The position numbers and the translations under genes were made by a program. A stretch of 63,974 bases of DNA, filler included, from Octopus bimaculoides (taxonomy: Eukaryota): assembly GCF_001194135.2 (NCBI RefSeq). It is 7 parts of 7 records of this genome, joined end to end, with 100 filler letters (N's around TTAATTAATTAA, not from the genome) between each part and the next. Parts side by side here need not be neighbours in the genome. Positions count along the whole stretch, not along the records: positions 22,742 to 51,600 come from NC_068981.1; 6 more parts are not named here. The stretch is one strand, 5' to 3'. The notes under the pieces were generated by a model. That model was not told the origin of the DNA and did not search any database. It saw nothing but the letters and a program-made list of their open reading frames with translations. Numbering within the stretch: the stretch's first letter is position 1; every line of letters starts with the position of its first letter. This document shows positions 23,766 through 36,660 of this stretch, piece by piece.

Positions 23766-26574
23766 TACATACATCCATACATACACAAACACACAGACAG
23801 ATTAAATATGTAATCTTCCCCACTTCTGATTTATCCATTGGGTTGGAGAGGACTTAAATGTTTGTTGTCAAAGTCTTGCAATTTTCTCTCTAGCATTATG
23901 AGATATTTTGTTAGTTTCTTTACTCAAACATTTTGGGATTGGTTCATTTTATTCTAAATTTTATTCCTTGTTATACAAATTGTTCAAAACACCCTTCAAA
24001 CTATATATACTATGTTACAGTCAGCCTGCAAAGCTTAGGTTATTCCTAAAGATATTTAAGTATTTCTATTGTGCCATTTGTGTTTACTATACCAATTGTA
24101 GTTGATGGAGCAATTTGATCACTACTAAACACTTCAAAAGATAATAGTTTGGAGTCGTGTCTTATGACCTGCTCTAGATCCAGCTAAGTGTTTCTGTTCC
24201 ATGCTAACACTTATCAGTTGTTCAGTCTCTCTGCTGCTTACAGAAGAGAATTTTTATATCTCTTCCTGAATGTCTGAAAGACTGAAAATTTCTAGGGACA
24301 CCACATAGTACTGGTGATGTGATACAGTTTGCTTACCCTTTGATGATGATATTTTGCAGCTTTTGGTTTACTGAATGGTGGTTTTCTAAGATCATCAACT
24401 TTTACTGGTATGTATTTGTAGTAGTAATATATTACATACAAGTAACATTTGTTTCTTGCATTGAATGCTTATGAGTCAACAACTTTTATGAAGTTGTATT
24501 TCAAATCAACAGCCCTTTTGAAACCAACTTGTTCCCCTAAAGCAACCTCTAATAATTCTGTGACATAGACTTCTCATTTTAAAGTGATCATATTTAAACT
24601 AAAACTTTTATATCATAATTATATTTTGTTATTTTCCAAACACTAGCTTAGTAATGAATAAGTTATTTTATAATTCTTTTCAAATTTTTTAATTATTTTC
24701 ACAGTTAATTGAAACATGAGGCTGTGTATTTTCCTCAAAATCTATTCATGAAGGATTTAATAAAGTAGCATACCCTTAATCAATTCATCTGCTATGTAAA
24801 TTTTCACACTCAACACACTTAAACTTTTACAAGACTAAAATAAGCCATTTGCATTCATACTTGTATTAATATTCATTTATCATGGAAATATATTTTATAT
24901 TGCATTGACTGCTGTAAACAAAGATTCTTTGTTTTCTTTCAGATAGGAAAGAAGTCATACTAAATAGGTATTAGTAACAAAACTTAAATTTAAATACAAC
25001 AATGTTATAGTATGGAAATAATTTAAGAACTTTCCAAAATTAATTTATAAATGTCTGACTTATTTAATTTTTACATTTACAACTCTTTCCATTTGCTTAG
25101 AATTGAATATTTTAAACTATTCATTTGTACATTTACTTCAACAACAAAAAAGTTTGAAGAAAGACATGATAGACTTGCTAAAAAAAAACGAAAATTATTT
25201 TCTTCATACTTTTATGAAGAATGACTTGCAAATTCAGTCAGTTTGAAAAAGCTGAATTTAACTAACAATAAGCAGTATAACCAGTCATTTAATCTCTATG
25301 AGTCATAATATTTAATTAAAGAAATTAATCACTTACAAATTTAGAATGATGAACAGATGAACATTTTCAGACTAAAAGTTTTTTGTTTTTTTTTTGTTCT
25401 TTCACAAAATACCGGATTTCGTTTTGCACATAGATTACACAGCATCTCAAATGTTAGTGAAATACGTTCAGGACCAGCTCAGCTCAACTGGTAAATTATT
25501 TCTAGTTCTTCTGTAGATCAATATGCAAAAAAGGCACACTACCAAGGATTTTGTTATAATTACGAAACTATAATAGATACTGCCCTCATATGATAAAAGT
25601 ACACTTATGTTCTTAACAAAGAATCAAGGCCTCAGATTTGTAAAAGGAATTTATATCAAGCCAGTAAGAAAACCTTTACATGGTTGCTCAGTCTGCTAGA
25701 AATATCAGCTTAAATTTCCAATAAACTACATCCAAGTCTTAAAGAAAATGAAAATAGTAGATAATGTAGTTCTGAAAGAAAGATGGGATTGTCACATCAG
25801 AGATGGCCTTGATTAGAGACCCAAATCAACTGTAATCCAGCAGGATTGGCGTTGAACTACAACCAGATGCATTCCAGATGTGACTATCTATTGTTAACAG
25901 TGAAACAACTTATTTCTTAAGTAACTAGAAGGAATTCATGTTGTAGAAATTATGATTCTTGGTTAAAATTCTTTCAGAGTAGGCATAAACCGTCTTATTA
26001 AGAGAGATTTCAGGTCTTCTCTTCACCAAATCTTAAAATATTTTACCATCATGCAAATTGTAAAGTATTTTATAAATCATTTTTCTACTTTATCAAGAAA
26101 ATGGTAAAATAATTTCCATTTGCTTGATAAAATGGTCATGCTGTTAAAAACCCTAATGAAAGCCCTGCTCATAAAAAGAAAGAAAAACTCCTTGTGCTCA
26201 TCCTTTAACATAGATAAAATTTAAGTGAACTTAATCATAATTAACTTACCAAATTTCTGTGTCAAAATTTGACAGAATTCTTAATATGCATTATTATGAA
26301 TAGTTTTATTGCTAAAGTTTTAGAGTATCTTTTAATTTAGCAATCATAACCTTTATATGACTGAAACTTATGAAATTTTGAAAAAATATGTTCTGGGTGT
26401 AATATTTTGTGGTAGCAGCACTAGAGAATTGTCACATCTTCAACAAGACTATCAGGTCCTTTCAATCCTACACTTAACAGAGTGTACTGGCTGTATTTTA
26501 TGTGGCACCAGTACAAGAAAATATAGAGAAAAGAGAATGATTGCCAGCAGGAGGTTCCTGTGCACCTACTGCAT

Positions 26575-27440
26575 ATAAAGTCTTATGTTCTCTGTTGGGC
26601 TGTGATTATCCCATTACACTTCTTATTTGTCCATACTTTACTCTGTGCACACCATATAGAATTTCTACCTTTTTGCTTTCACTCTGAACATGGCCATTAG
26701 TGGTGTCAGGGACCTGTCTCCACGTCTTTGCTAAGTTTATTCTGAGAGACCCTTTAATTCCAAGTTTTTGTTTCCACGCTTGGAATTCCTTTTCTAATTC
26801 TGCTGCTGAATGGCTATAAGAACTAAGTTATCTTCATGGAGAAGTTCCCACAGCCAGCTGGTCTTAAATTCTTCTGTTAAGAGCACTATAATACATAGAG
26901 CTGAGTTAAGGACTGGTACCCCTCCTCGTTAAATTTATCACTGTACTCTTTACTAACTACCATCTTGCTTTTACAGTTCTCTTAAGCCATTCATATTCCC
27001 CTGTGACCACTAGATCACAGAGCATGAAAACCTATGAAAGGCCTTCTTTAGATCAACTAAAAGCAGGTAAAGGGGCTTATGCCAGGCTAGATACTTCTTC
27101 TGCAGCTGTTTCACTAAGAAATGGTACCACTGGTATTTCTTTCAAACACAAAACCAAACTACATTGTTTCTATGTTAATTCTCTTCTAAATCATTGTGTT
27201 ATAACTCTTTTTGGTAGCTTTTTATGTCCTGATTCAACAGTTAAATACTTTAATACTTCTGTGTAGTGCATTTCCTTTGCCTTTGTAGCAGTTAATGATG
27301 CTGCTATGCCTGTCACTGGGTATGGCACCTTTGTGGATCACCTGATTTAGTATGTGGGTATCTAGTCTTTGTCCTACTTCACTAGACATTTTAAACATTA
27401 TGTTCTCACACATGCTTATGTTTTTAGTTTCAATCAAGAA
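26575..27440 (-). mobile_element. RTE LINE reverse transcriptase remnant, heavily decayed
   Basis: Minus-strand peptides MFKMSSEVG..QVIHKGAIPSD..SIINCYKGKGNAL, DLKKAF, EEFKTSWLWELLHEDNLVLI (decayed YADD), LRINLAKT. Confidence 0.85.
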
Positions 27441-28339
27441 AGTGCTCTCTTGATGCAGTAGTTTATTTATTTGAATGAAGTCACTGTTTTACTCTCTACA
27501 TATGTGGAGTTTTTCATGGTATACTTGTTCAGGTTGTATAAGGTTTAAATAAACGCATCTTGTGAATTCCAGGCAACTAGAGAATGAAGCATTGAGTTTG
27601 TACAGGTAATATGTATATATGTGACTGTATTTGCAAGTGTGGGTCTGTGTGCATACGTGTGCATGTAGGAATATGTTTATGTAATGTTTTGAATGTGCTA
27701 AAGTTAAATTATATCCCTAGTGTTTGGGAATTTACAATATATCTTTGTTAAAATGCTTCTAAACCTAAGAAAAATGCCATACAGTATCTATTTCAGTCTA
27801 ATTTGAAATATAGATTTGAACTCCTAAAATAATTACCTCTATTATTACTATAGTTCTTGCAACTATATCACTAAGAGAAATATATAAATCATAAGAAAAT
27901 ATCCAAATCATAAATGTTTATTTAGTTGATCTAAAAGTAACATTAGAGTTCATAAGAATGGTATTAAGAAAAACTGTTTTTACAGATTCATTACCCCTTT
28001 AATGTTTTCTGGATGCAGAACCCCTTAAGCTTAAAACCTAGTATGGAGCAATTGGTCCAATTATCATTAAATGTTTTAATAATTTTATTATCAGATGTCA
28101 AAAATATACCTTAAATACAAGCTGTCAAGTTTGATAAATTTCAAATGCCATCTGCCTGTCACTTGAGAGTTTATTTAGGTGTCTGATTCTGTCAATAGAT
28201 TGGTGAGGAAAAACATAACTTCATGGAATGGATGGCTGTCTTGGGACAAAAATGTAATAATTACATCAAAACAATGTAAAACTCTCAAAATTCTTTGCTG
28301 TTACTTATCTCTCAAAACGCTGCTGTGATTGATAATATT

Positions 28340-28920
28340 ATAAATATTACACACCTCTAGGTATAACTGTATGGTTAAGAAATTCAGTAAGAAACAGTAT
28401 GGTGTCTACTACTGTAGCTTCAGGCCAACCAAAGCCTTGTAAGTGCATTTGGTAGACAGAAACTGAAAGGAACCCATCATATATTTACAAAATTTCTCCT
28501 CTTCTATACAAAACAAAAAACGTCCTCTTTTCAATTTATATAAAAGATGGGAAAAATTTACTGTGCATTACCTTGAAGAGGTTGATTGAATGAAAGTGCT
28601 AATAAAGAATTATCCAAAATTCTGACTGCCTCCTTCTTAATATATGACATCTGTACACCACTTCCAACACTTGAGTGTATATATATGTATATATAGGTGT
28701 GTCTGTTTGTGTCCCCCCGCCACTGCTTGACAACCAGTGTTGGTGTGTTTACATCTCTGTAACCTAGCAGTTCAGTAAAAGAGACTAATAGAATAAGTAC
28801 TAGGATTAAAAAAAAAAGTCCCTGGGGTCGATGTGTCAAACTTAAAACCTTCAAAGCAGTGTTCCAGCATGGCCATGCTCAACTGACTGAAACAAGTAAA
28901 AGAAAAAAGGAATAAAAGAA
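28340..28920 (+). mobile_element. SINE family B, CpG-decayed
   Basis: GGCCAACCAAAGCCTTGT..TTGGTAGACAGAAACTGAAAG and 3' half CTTGACAACCAGTGTTGG..GAAACAAGTAAAAG. Confidence 0.8.
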
Positions 28921-29089
28921 GACATAATTTTCGCTATGCATTTGAGTAGCTTATTTTATGACATAGACTTAATTAAAAGTAAAGCATGAATTAAATGAAT
29001 GAATATATATATATATATTTATTTTAGAGGTAATACTTGATAATTGCAAACACCTGTATATGCCAGTGGTGGCCGGGGTGAAAGAATAA

Positions 29090-29171
29090 ATTAAAAACGT
29101 AAAAATAAAAACAGAACACAAAGGATTCCGCGGAATCCTTTGTGTTCTGTTTTTATTTTTACATTTTTAAT
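29090..29171. repeat. 82-bp spacerless palindrome (1 mismatch)
   Basis: 29099-29162 is a perfect 64-bp palindrome centred on GATTCCG|CGGAATC. Confidence 0.95.
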
Positions 29172-29591
29172 GTATATATANNNNNNNNNNNNNNNNNNNN
29201 NNNNNNNNNNNNNNNNNNNNNNNNNNNNNNNNNNNNNNNNNNNNNNNNNNNNNNNNNNNNNNNNNNNNNNNNNNNNNNNNNNNNNNNNNNNNNNNNNNNN
29301 NNNNNNNNNNNNNNNNNNNNNNNNNNNNNNNNNNNNNNNNNNNNNNNNNNNNNNNNNNNNNNNNNNNNNNNNNNNNNNNNNNNNNNNNNNNNNNNNNNNN
29401 NNNNNNNNNNNNNNNNNNNNNNNNNNNNNNNNNNNNNNNNNNNNNNNNNNNNNNNNNNNNNNNNNNNNNNNNNNNNNNNNNNNNNNNNNNNNNNNNNNNN
29501 NNNNNNNNNNNNNNNNNNNNNNNNNNNNNNNNNNNNNNNNNNNNNNNNNNNNNNNNNNNNNNNNNNNNNNNNNNNNNNNNNNNNNNNNNNN

Positions 29592-29646
<55 letters not shown>

Positions 29647-29961
29647 ATATATATATATAACAAATTAGTTTCTCTATTCAAATAGAACAATGGGGGTAGG
29701 TATATACACAGGTGTTTTATTAACATTGATTTTTCTTTTGCTTTTGTTGTCAACAAGGAAGGTGAAAAAGAAACTGGAATAGTTGGTTAATTTTGCTAAA
29801 AATTATATTTCTACATAAAATATTCATTTTATTTTCTAAAATTGTTACATTTGGTGTCATATGTTTTAAGTAAATATAATTTAGCCTAAACAGTGTGAAA
29901 GACGAAAAGAAAAATGAATAAAGTAATGCCCAATAAGCATGAAATTAAATTTCTACTAATT

Positions 29962-30320
29962 ATCTTCTACTTGTGTCAGTCATTGGACTGCAGCCATGCT
30001 GGAGCACCACCTTAAAAGATTTTAGTGAAGCAAATCAACCCCAGGAAATATTCTGTTATTCTCTTAAGCTAAACTGCTGAGTTATAGGGACATAAACAAA
30101 CCAACACTGACTGTTAAGTGATGGTAAGGGACCAGCACAAAGACATATCTAAATACATACATACACACGTGTGCACACATATGCAACAGGCTTGTTTCAG
30201 TTCTTCTCTACCAAATCCACTCTCAAGTCTTTGTTTGGCCGTACTGCTACTGGGGCTATAGTAGAAGACACTTGTCCAAGATGCTACACATCCCTGCTTC
30301 TGCCTACAGCCATGCCTGCA
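29962..30320 (-). mobile_element. SINE family B, CpG-decayed
   Basis: CAGTCATTGGACTGCAGCCATGCTGGAGCACCACC..CTACCAAATCCACTCTCAAG..GTAGAAGACACTTGTCCAAG. Confidence 0.8.
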
Positions 30321-30471
30321 CTTAGATAAAAAGTTTTAAAATTCAGTCAAAAGAACTGGTAATCTATAACAGCAAAAAAAAAAAAACAATTAGGAACATT
30401 AGTAAGTTTGTATGTGGTGAGGTGTGGTGGTGATGGGATTCTGATGTATTGAGTAAGGGCTTTCTACTTAA

Positions 30472-30831
30472 CCCTTTAGTTATATTTTTGTTGAAATGCA
30501 CTCCCTTGTTGCAATTAATTTTCAAAATAATGAATGATTTAAAATAACTTTGTAGTTATTAAGTTAGACTTTAGAACCTAAATTAACATGGAATCTTAGT
30601 GAAAGGTTTTAACTCTAGCATTCACATTATTTTGTCTAAAGTAATACTTATTTATTCACATTGTTTTGAATTAATCATGCATTATTTTGTAACTTTGAGA
30701 GATTGTATGAGGTGACTGCTAATTTTTAGAATGATAATGTAGTGTTGGTGTGAGAGGTCAGATCTGACCAGTTTGAACATAAAACAGGTAAGATATTTTG
30801 GCCGGATGTGGTTGGTTTGAATACTAAAGGG
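30472..30831 (+). mobile_element. piggyBac-type MITE, complete
   Basis: TTAA|CCCTTTAGT ... ACTAAAGGG|TTAA: TTAA duplication and 9-bp terminal inverted repeat. Confidence 0.75.
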
Positions 30832-32203
30832 TTAATTTAGATCACTTTAAAACAGGGAATTTTGTAGTGTAGAACTAGGGGCAGTCTATGGTGAGGAGTG
30901 ATAGGAATTACTGAAACAAAAACCATCTCACCCTTGCTGGTATAATAAAATGGATGAAATTGGGCATGTGTGTCTACTATTATAACCCTGAACTGACCAA
31001 AGTTTTGTGAGTGAATTTAGAACACGGAAACTGTAAAAACCCTTCATGTGTGTGTTTATCTCTCCTTCATCACTTGACAACTAGTGTTGATTTGTTACAT
31101 CCCCAAAACAGATCAAGAGAATAATTATCACTCTTTAATAATAATTCAGAAATCCTGGGTGGGGTCAATCTGTTCAGCTAGACCTTCCAGACTGTGCCCC
31201 AGCATGGCTGCAGTCCAAGTAAAAGATAAAAGATATTTGTGTGTGAGTACACACACACACACACACATCTTTTTTTATGTATCTCTTATAAATCCTACTA
31301 TCTATTTCAGTCTGATGCTTAAGTTATCAATCCATATTTATCAGATTACTCAGTCACATTTTTTTAAACACAACATGGGTTTTATGAGGTAAACATAAAC
31401 ACAGTAACTCAAGTGTGCATACACATACCCATGCCAGCATGGAGAAGGGACATTAAATGATGGTGATGATTTGTATATTATACATATGTATTTTGTGTGT
31501 ATGTGTGTGTACATGCATACTGACTCTATATCCCTTTGCATCAGTGAAAGCAAATTTGTACCCTTTATTTATTCTCATTTAAAAACATTTTCTGTCATGT
31601 CATTTATTCTATTTAGAATTTTCTTTATTGAGTAAATTGATCGAGAAACTTATGAAGTGTTCTTATATTTCCCATATTGAAAGTTTCTGATTTTCAAAAT
31701 ACAATATGCAGTATTTAAGTTTAGAAGTCAATTTTTTACTGGTATTATACTTTCAATTGCTATATATACATCTGTTTCTGATTAAATGCTTTTCCATGCT
31801 GCTTTACAAAATATTTTAGAATACACAATGTGCAATATCCAACGTTTTCTCCACTACACAAAATAGAAATCACTAAACAAAGCTAACCTACATAATTCAT
31901 AGAGGACTAAGATGAATAGATATGCTTGCATTCTTAAACAGCTGACATTTCTTCATTGTTATTAGATTTATTCTCATGGTGTACTATTTTGTCATTGTAT
32001 TTATTACATTATGTGGACTACCTTGTAAAAGTATCCTAAGATATTTTGTTGTCTCCAGGACAATGTCTTTGGTTGATAATAATATCGCATTGAGTTTTAT
32101 TGAATATTCAGTTGACATTTGACTGTTTTAGTATTCAAATGAAATATATAAAGAGCACTCGTATATGTGCATGTTGTGTGTAACTATACACTAAAGTTTT
32201 CTA

Positions 32204-32238
<35 letters not shown>

Positions 32239-33876
32239 ATCAGCTGTATATGTTCTCCAAATAATATTAAACATCTTCAAATTAAAAACAAAATTATCTT
32301 AGTATTATTGAAAAAAATCATTTCATTCAAATTATCTGAGGATGGCAGCCTGAAAGTCATGCATTGAAAATGTTACAAAAAATATTTTGTCTTTTACTTA
32401 AATACTTGTTGTTGCTAACTTTTATTATAGGTTGCCCTCTATGTTCTAAATAGCAATTGCAATCAACTAAAATATTTTTTTTAAGTTGCCAGTTTTGAAA
32501 ACAGGTTTTCTGTCTTAATTATGAATTAAGAACTTAATTCTTAGATAAATTTGAAAAATTCATAAGAACACTTTTATGAGAATATCTAAGAATATCTTCT
32601 GTTCATCTTAAATGTTACTGGTTTTTCTTCTTCCATAATATAACTTTGTTGATTTGGAAGACTTGAGAGTTTATTTCCAAACTCATACTACATATTGACA
32701 TAAGGAAATGTGTTTAGAAAAAGAAATGTAACTTAAATTGAAGGAGCTAGGTTAATTGGGTGAGATTTGATTGCTTTAATGAAATGAGAAATTAATATGA
32801 TAAATTAGAAATGTAAAGGCTTTTATCAAGAACCTTTTATAGGATTAATGAACATAATCTAACAAACAGTAGGCTGATAAGGTGGTTTTCTTCTAAATTA
32901 AAAAAAAGTATCTAATGTCAAATATTAAATCTTAGTATTTGGTAGTAAAAAAGAAAAAATCTTCCTATTTAATGATGGTGCTATACTTCTTATTTGTCAA
33001 CCCTAAAAGACAAACTTAATCTTGGCAGTATTTGAAATCAAAGCATAGACAACTAAAACAAAGACATTTTAGTCTTAAATTTATTATAAAATTATATGTA
33101 TCACCATGTTTGGTGATCACATAAAGCTTAACATTCCCTTTAAGAAAATATCCCACTGTACCTGAATAAAATAATAAAACATTACAACATAAAAGAGCAG
33201 CTTAGCTATAGCAGAAATAAAAAGCAAGTTACCTGAATGCTTAAGCATAAATTAAAGTGAAAGTGAATAGTGAAAAAACATTAATATTCTAGACAGCAGC
33301 TGAAGAAAGGTTACCTACTAATTGGCATGAAGTAGTTCACTAACATACTCCAACCTCTAATCCATAGATGTGTTGTTGCCTCTCTTTCCATCTCACTACT
33401 ACTGTAGCCTCTTCTTTTTAGGGCTGATTGACCTCATGCTACCTCCACTCAAGCATTCTCAACTCATCTCTTCTCCATATTCTAGCCACTCCCTATTTCT
33501 CATGTGTATAACCACCAATTGAGAAATTAGACTACCTATGTTGGGATAGTGCTTAGGGGACGTATGTCAAGTTTGCTGTCATTACCATCAAAGACATTAT
33601 TTCTTGCACATGTTTTCACATTTTTATTTCCTTACTGGTGTTATCAGACTTCAGTTCTTATAAAGCTCTGAATTCTGTGCTGTCTGCAAATCTCTTGGCT
33701 TCATTAATTATCATTATTAAACGTGAATTATCCTCTCATCTATCATTCAGTGCTTTTATTTTATAAAAAAAAGTCTTTCAAGCTCTTGTTCCTATGAGAA
33801 TGAATGATTAAATCATGTATACTGTTTTTGAAGTATAATCAATCTCCTGGTCATCTGCTTCCTTTTGACAAGGAAG

Positions 33877-34607
33877 CTATCCCTCAACTGCTAGGGTATG
33901 GCATTTTTTCACACAGCTATCCTCATCCATTCTTGCCACATGACCATACCAGCGCAATCGTCTCTCTTGCACACCACAACTGATGCTTCTTAGGTCCAAC
34001 TTTTCTCTCAAGATACTTACACTCTGTCGAGTATGCACACTGACATTACACATCCATCGGAGCATACTGGCTTCATTTCTTGCGAGCTTACACATGTCCT
34101 CAGCAGTCACGGCCCATGTTTCACTGCCATGTAGCATGGCTGTTCGTACACATGCGTCATACAGTCTGCCTTTTACTCTGAGTGAGAGTCCCTTTGTCAC
34201 CAGCAGAGGTAAGAGCTCTCTGAACTTTGCCCAGGCTATTCTTATTCTAGCAGCTACACTTTCAATGCACCGTCCCCCGCTACTAACTTGGTCACCTAGA
34301 TAACGGAAGCTATCAACTACTTCTATTTTTTGTCCCTGGAATGTGGCAAAAGTTTTCTGTGCATTTTCAGTGTTTATTGCTCCTGAGCATCTGGCACATA
34401 CAAAACTATCTTCCTAGTTAGCCTTCCTTTGATATTGCTGCACCTCTTATGTGTCCATAGCTTACACTGGGTACATCTTATAGAGTTTCTACCTACGCCT
34501 TTTCTACAGATCAAGCAGGGCCATCTACCTAAAGGGGTTTGTGTTTTGTCTACCTTCCTACTTATTAGGACTTTGGTTTTAGCTAGGTTGACACTAAGGC
34601 CCAACAG
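33877..34607 (-). mobile_element. RTE LINE fragment (RT C-terminus with Cys-rich finger)
   Basis: GLSVNLAKTKV..WPCLICRKGVGRNSIRCTQCKLWTHKRCS; FRYLGD; GRLYDACVRTAMLHGSETW..MLRWMC..LRWYGHVARM. Confidence 0.92.
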
Positions 34608-35165
34608 TTTATAATGAGCATCAATGCATATTTTTCACTGTGCACTGTTACATGATATTGATGCTACCCTGTAAGCATTGCTAAAGAAGAATTTCTGTAT
34701 CACTTCAATAAAAAGACTTAAGGTAAGGGTGTCTGTTATGTCAGGAAGATATAATAATGGCCATAACAATTCACTAACAATTATTGCTTAACTTTTAAGA
34801 ATTTAGTACTGTACAAAATAAATTGTCTCAGGACAACCAGATTTAAATTCTGTAAGAATTATTATTTTTTTTTTTTGCTTTTTCTTTTTTTGCATTTTAA
34901 ATTAAAGTTGCATCAATTAAAAAAAATAAGGATACTTGATTAAATATTGCAATATTACCTGGGCAAAGGAGAAGATATAGTTATTTATGGCAATCAACAG
35001 TTTGGAGAAATATTAGTCAGCAAGTGGCTTCAGATTTGCATGTAACATTCTGGACTGTTTGCTTGGGCTTGAATACATAATATACACCATCAAATATGAT
35101 AAATGATTCATTCCAGTTAAAGATGGTAATTTAAAACATCTCCATAGGTCTAGTAATGTATTTAA

Positions 35166-35330
35166 CTCTTTAGCATTCAGATTACTCTCAAACATAATGC
35201 TTATTTATTCGCATTGTTTTGAAGTAATCCTGCATTATCTTGTCGCTAAGAGATTTTCATGATTTGATTGCTTATTTTTAGAATAACAGTGTAGGATAGT
35301 AGAGGTGGGTGGAATGTGTTGATAAATAAT
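35166..35330 (+). mobile_element. piggyBac-type MITE terminal fragment
   Basis: TTAA|CTCTTTAGCATTCAGATTACTCT..AATGCTTATTTATTC; homologous to 5520-5640. Confidence 0.6.
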
Positions 35331-36300
35331 CTCTTCTCTGGTCTTGTGCTCATGCCATGAGGTGCTTTAAGCCCTCATGCAAAGCCTGGTATCTGTGTCT
35401 CAGTGATCCTTCATAGTCCTTCACAGGTTTCAGTTCTCCGGGGAAGAATGCTTTCTATTTATGCCCAGAAGAAAGGCAACCCTTGTTGACATTGAAATAC
35501 AAAATTGGCAGATGTTTTGAAGTTTATTAAAAGCACTCAAGGTACTTGAAGACACTGACTTTCTTGAGATGTGTGTAATTGTTGGAAAAAATTAGCAGGT
35601 TGCTTTCATTTTCATTGATGTCATATATTCAGTTGTCTTTGCATTAAAAAACAGATGAACAATAAATATAGATTTTGGCAAGCAATTCGCCAATTAAAAA
35701 AATGGAGAAAATTTTTTAAATATAAATAAAGTGGATGAAGAATACAAAGTAAACATTATTTTCCATCTTATGGTTAGTTTTGTTTCATTTTGAAAACTAA
35801 AAATTTACTTTATGGTTTATATTTTGAATTACAGATAATTAAATATAGGGGCACCAAAATCTTTTAAGTGTTTAGGGCTTCTATGGGTCTTATTCCAGCA
35901 CTATATGTGTGCATGCATACGTGTCTCTGTGTATTCGTGACATCAGATCACTGGTGTATTAATACCTGAAAGGATGAAAGGCAAAGTTGACCATGGTGAC
36001 ATTTGAACTCAGAATGTAAAGTTGGAAGAAATGTTGCTTAGCATTTTGTCCAGCATTGTAATGTTTCTGCCAGCTCGCCACATTACTACTATTACTAGTA
36101 TTAAGTATCAGATGATCACACCCATACACACATATAACAATAATGAATATATCTATTTATATATTGTATATGAAGCTATTACATGTCAAATGCAGATTTC
36201 TGTACTTTATTTGGAAGACGGATCTAATAGTGAGAGGAACCCACTCAAAGAAAATGAAACATACTTGTGTAGAGTATTTCATTGCGTTTTTAACATTTAG

Positions 36301-36660
36301 AGACTCACTTTACATGTAGACAGTTTTCTCCGTTGCCAGTGCCCATGGGCTGGCTCTTGTGCGAGTGACACATGAGGTTTTTCAAGCAAGATTGTTGCCG
36401 GTGTCCCTGGACTGGCTCTTGTGTGGGTGGCACATAAAAGACACCATTTCGAGCATGGCCGTTTTCGTGCGGGTGACATGTAAAAGCACCCACTACACTC
36501 TCTGAGTGGTTGGCGTTAGGAAGGGCATCCAGCTGTAGAAACTCTGCCAAATTAGATTGGAGCCTGGTGTTGCCATCCGGTTTCACCAGTCCTCAGTCAA
36601 ATCGTCCAACCCATGCCAGCATGGAAGGTGGATGTTAAACGATGATGATGATGATGATGA
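36301..36660 (+). mobile_element. SINE family C with (GAT)n tail
   Basis: Aligns to 22743-22974 over about 210 bp. Confidence 0.9.
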
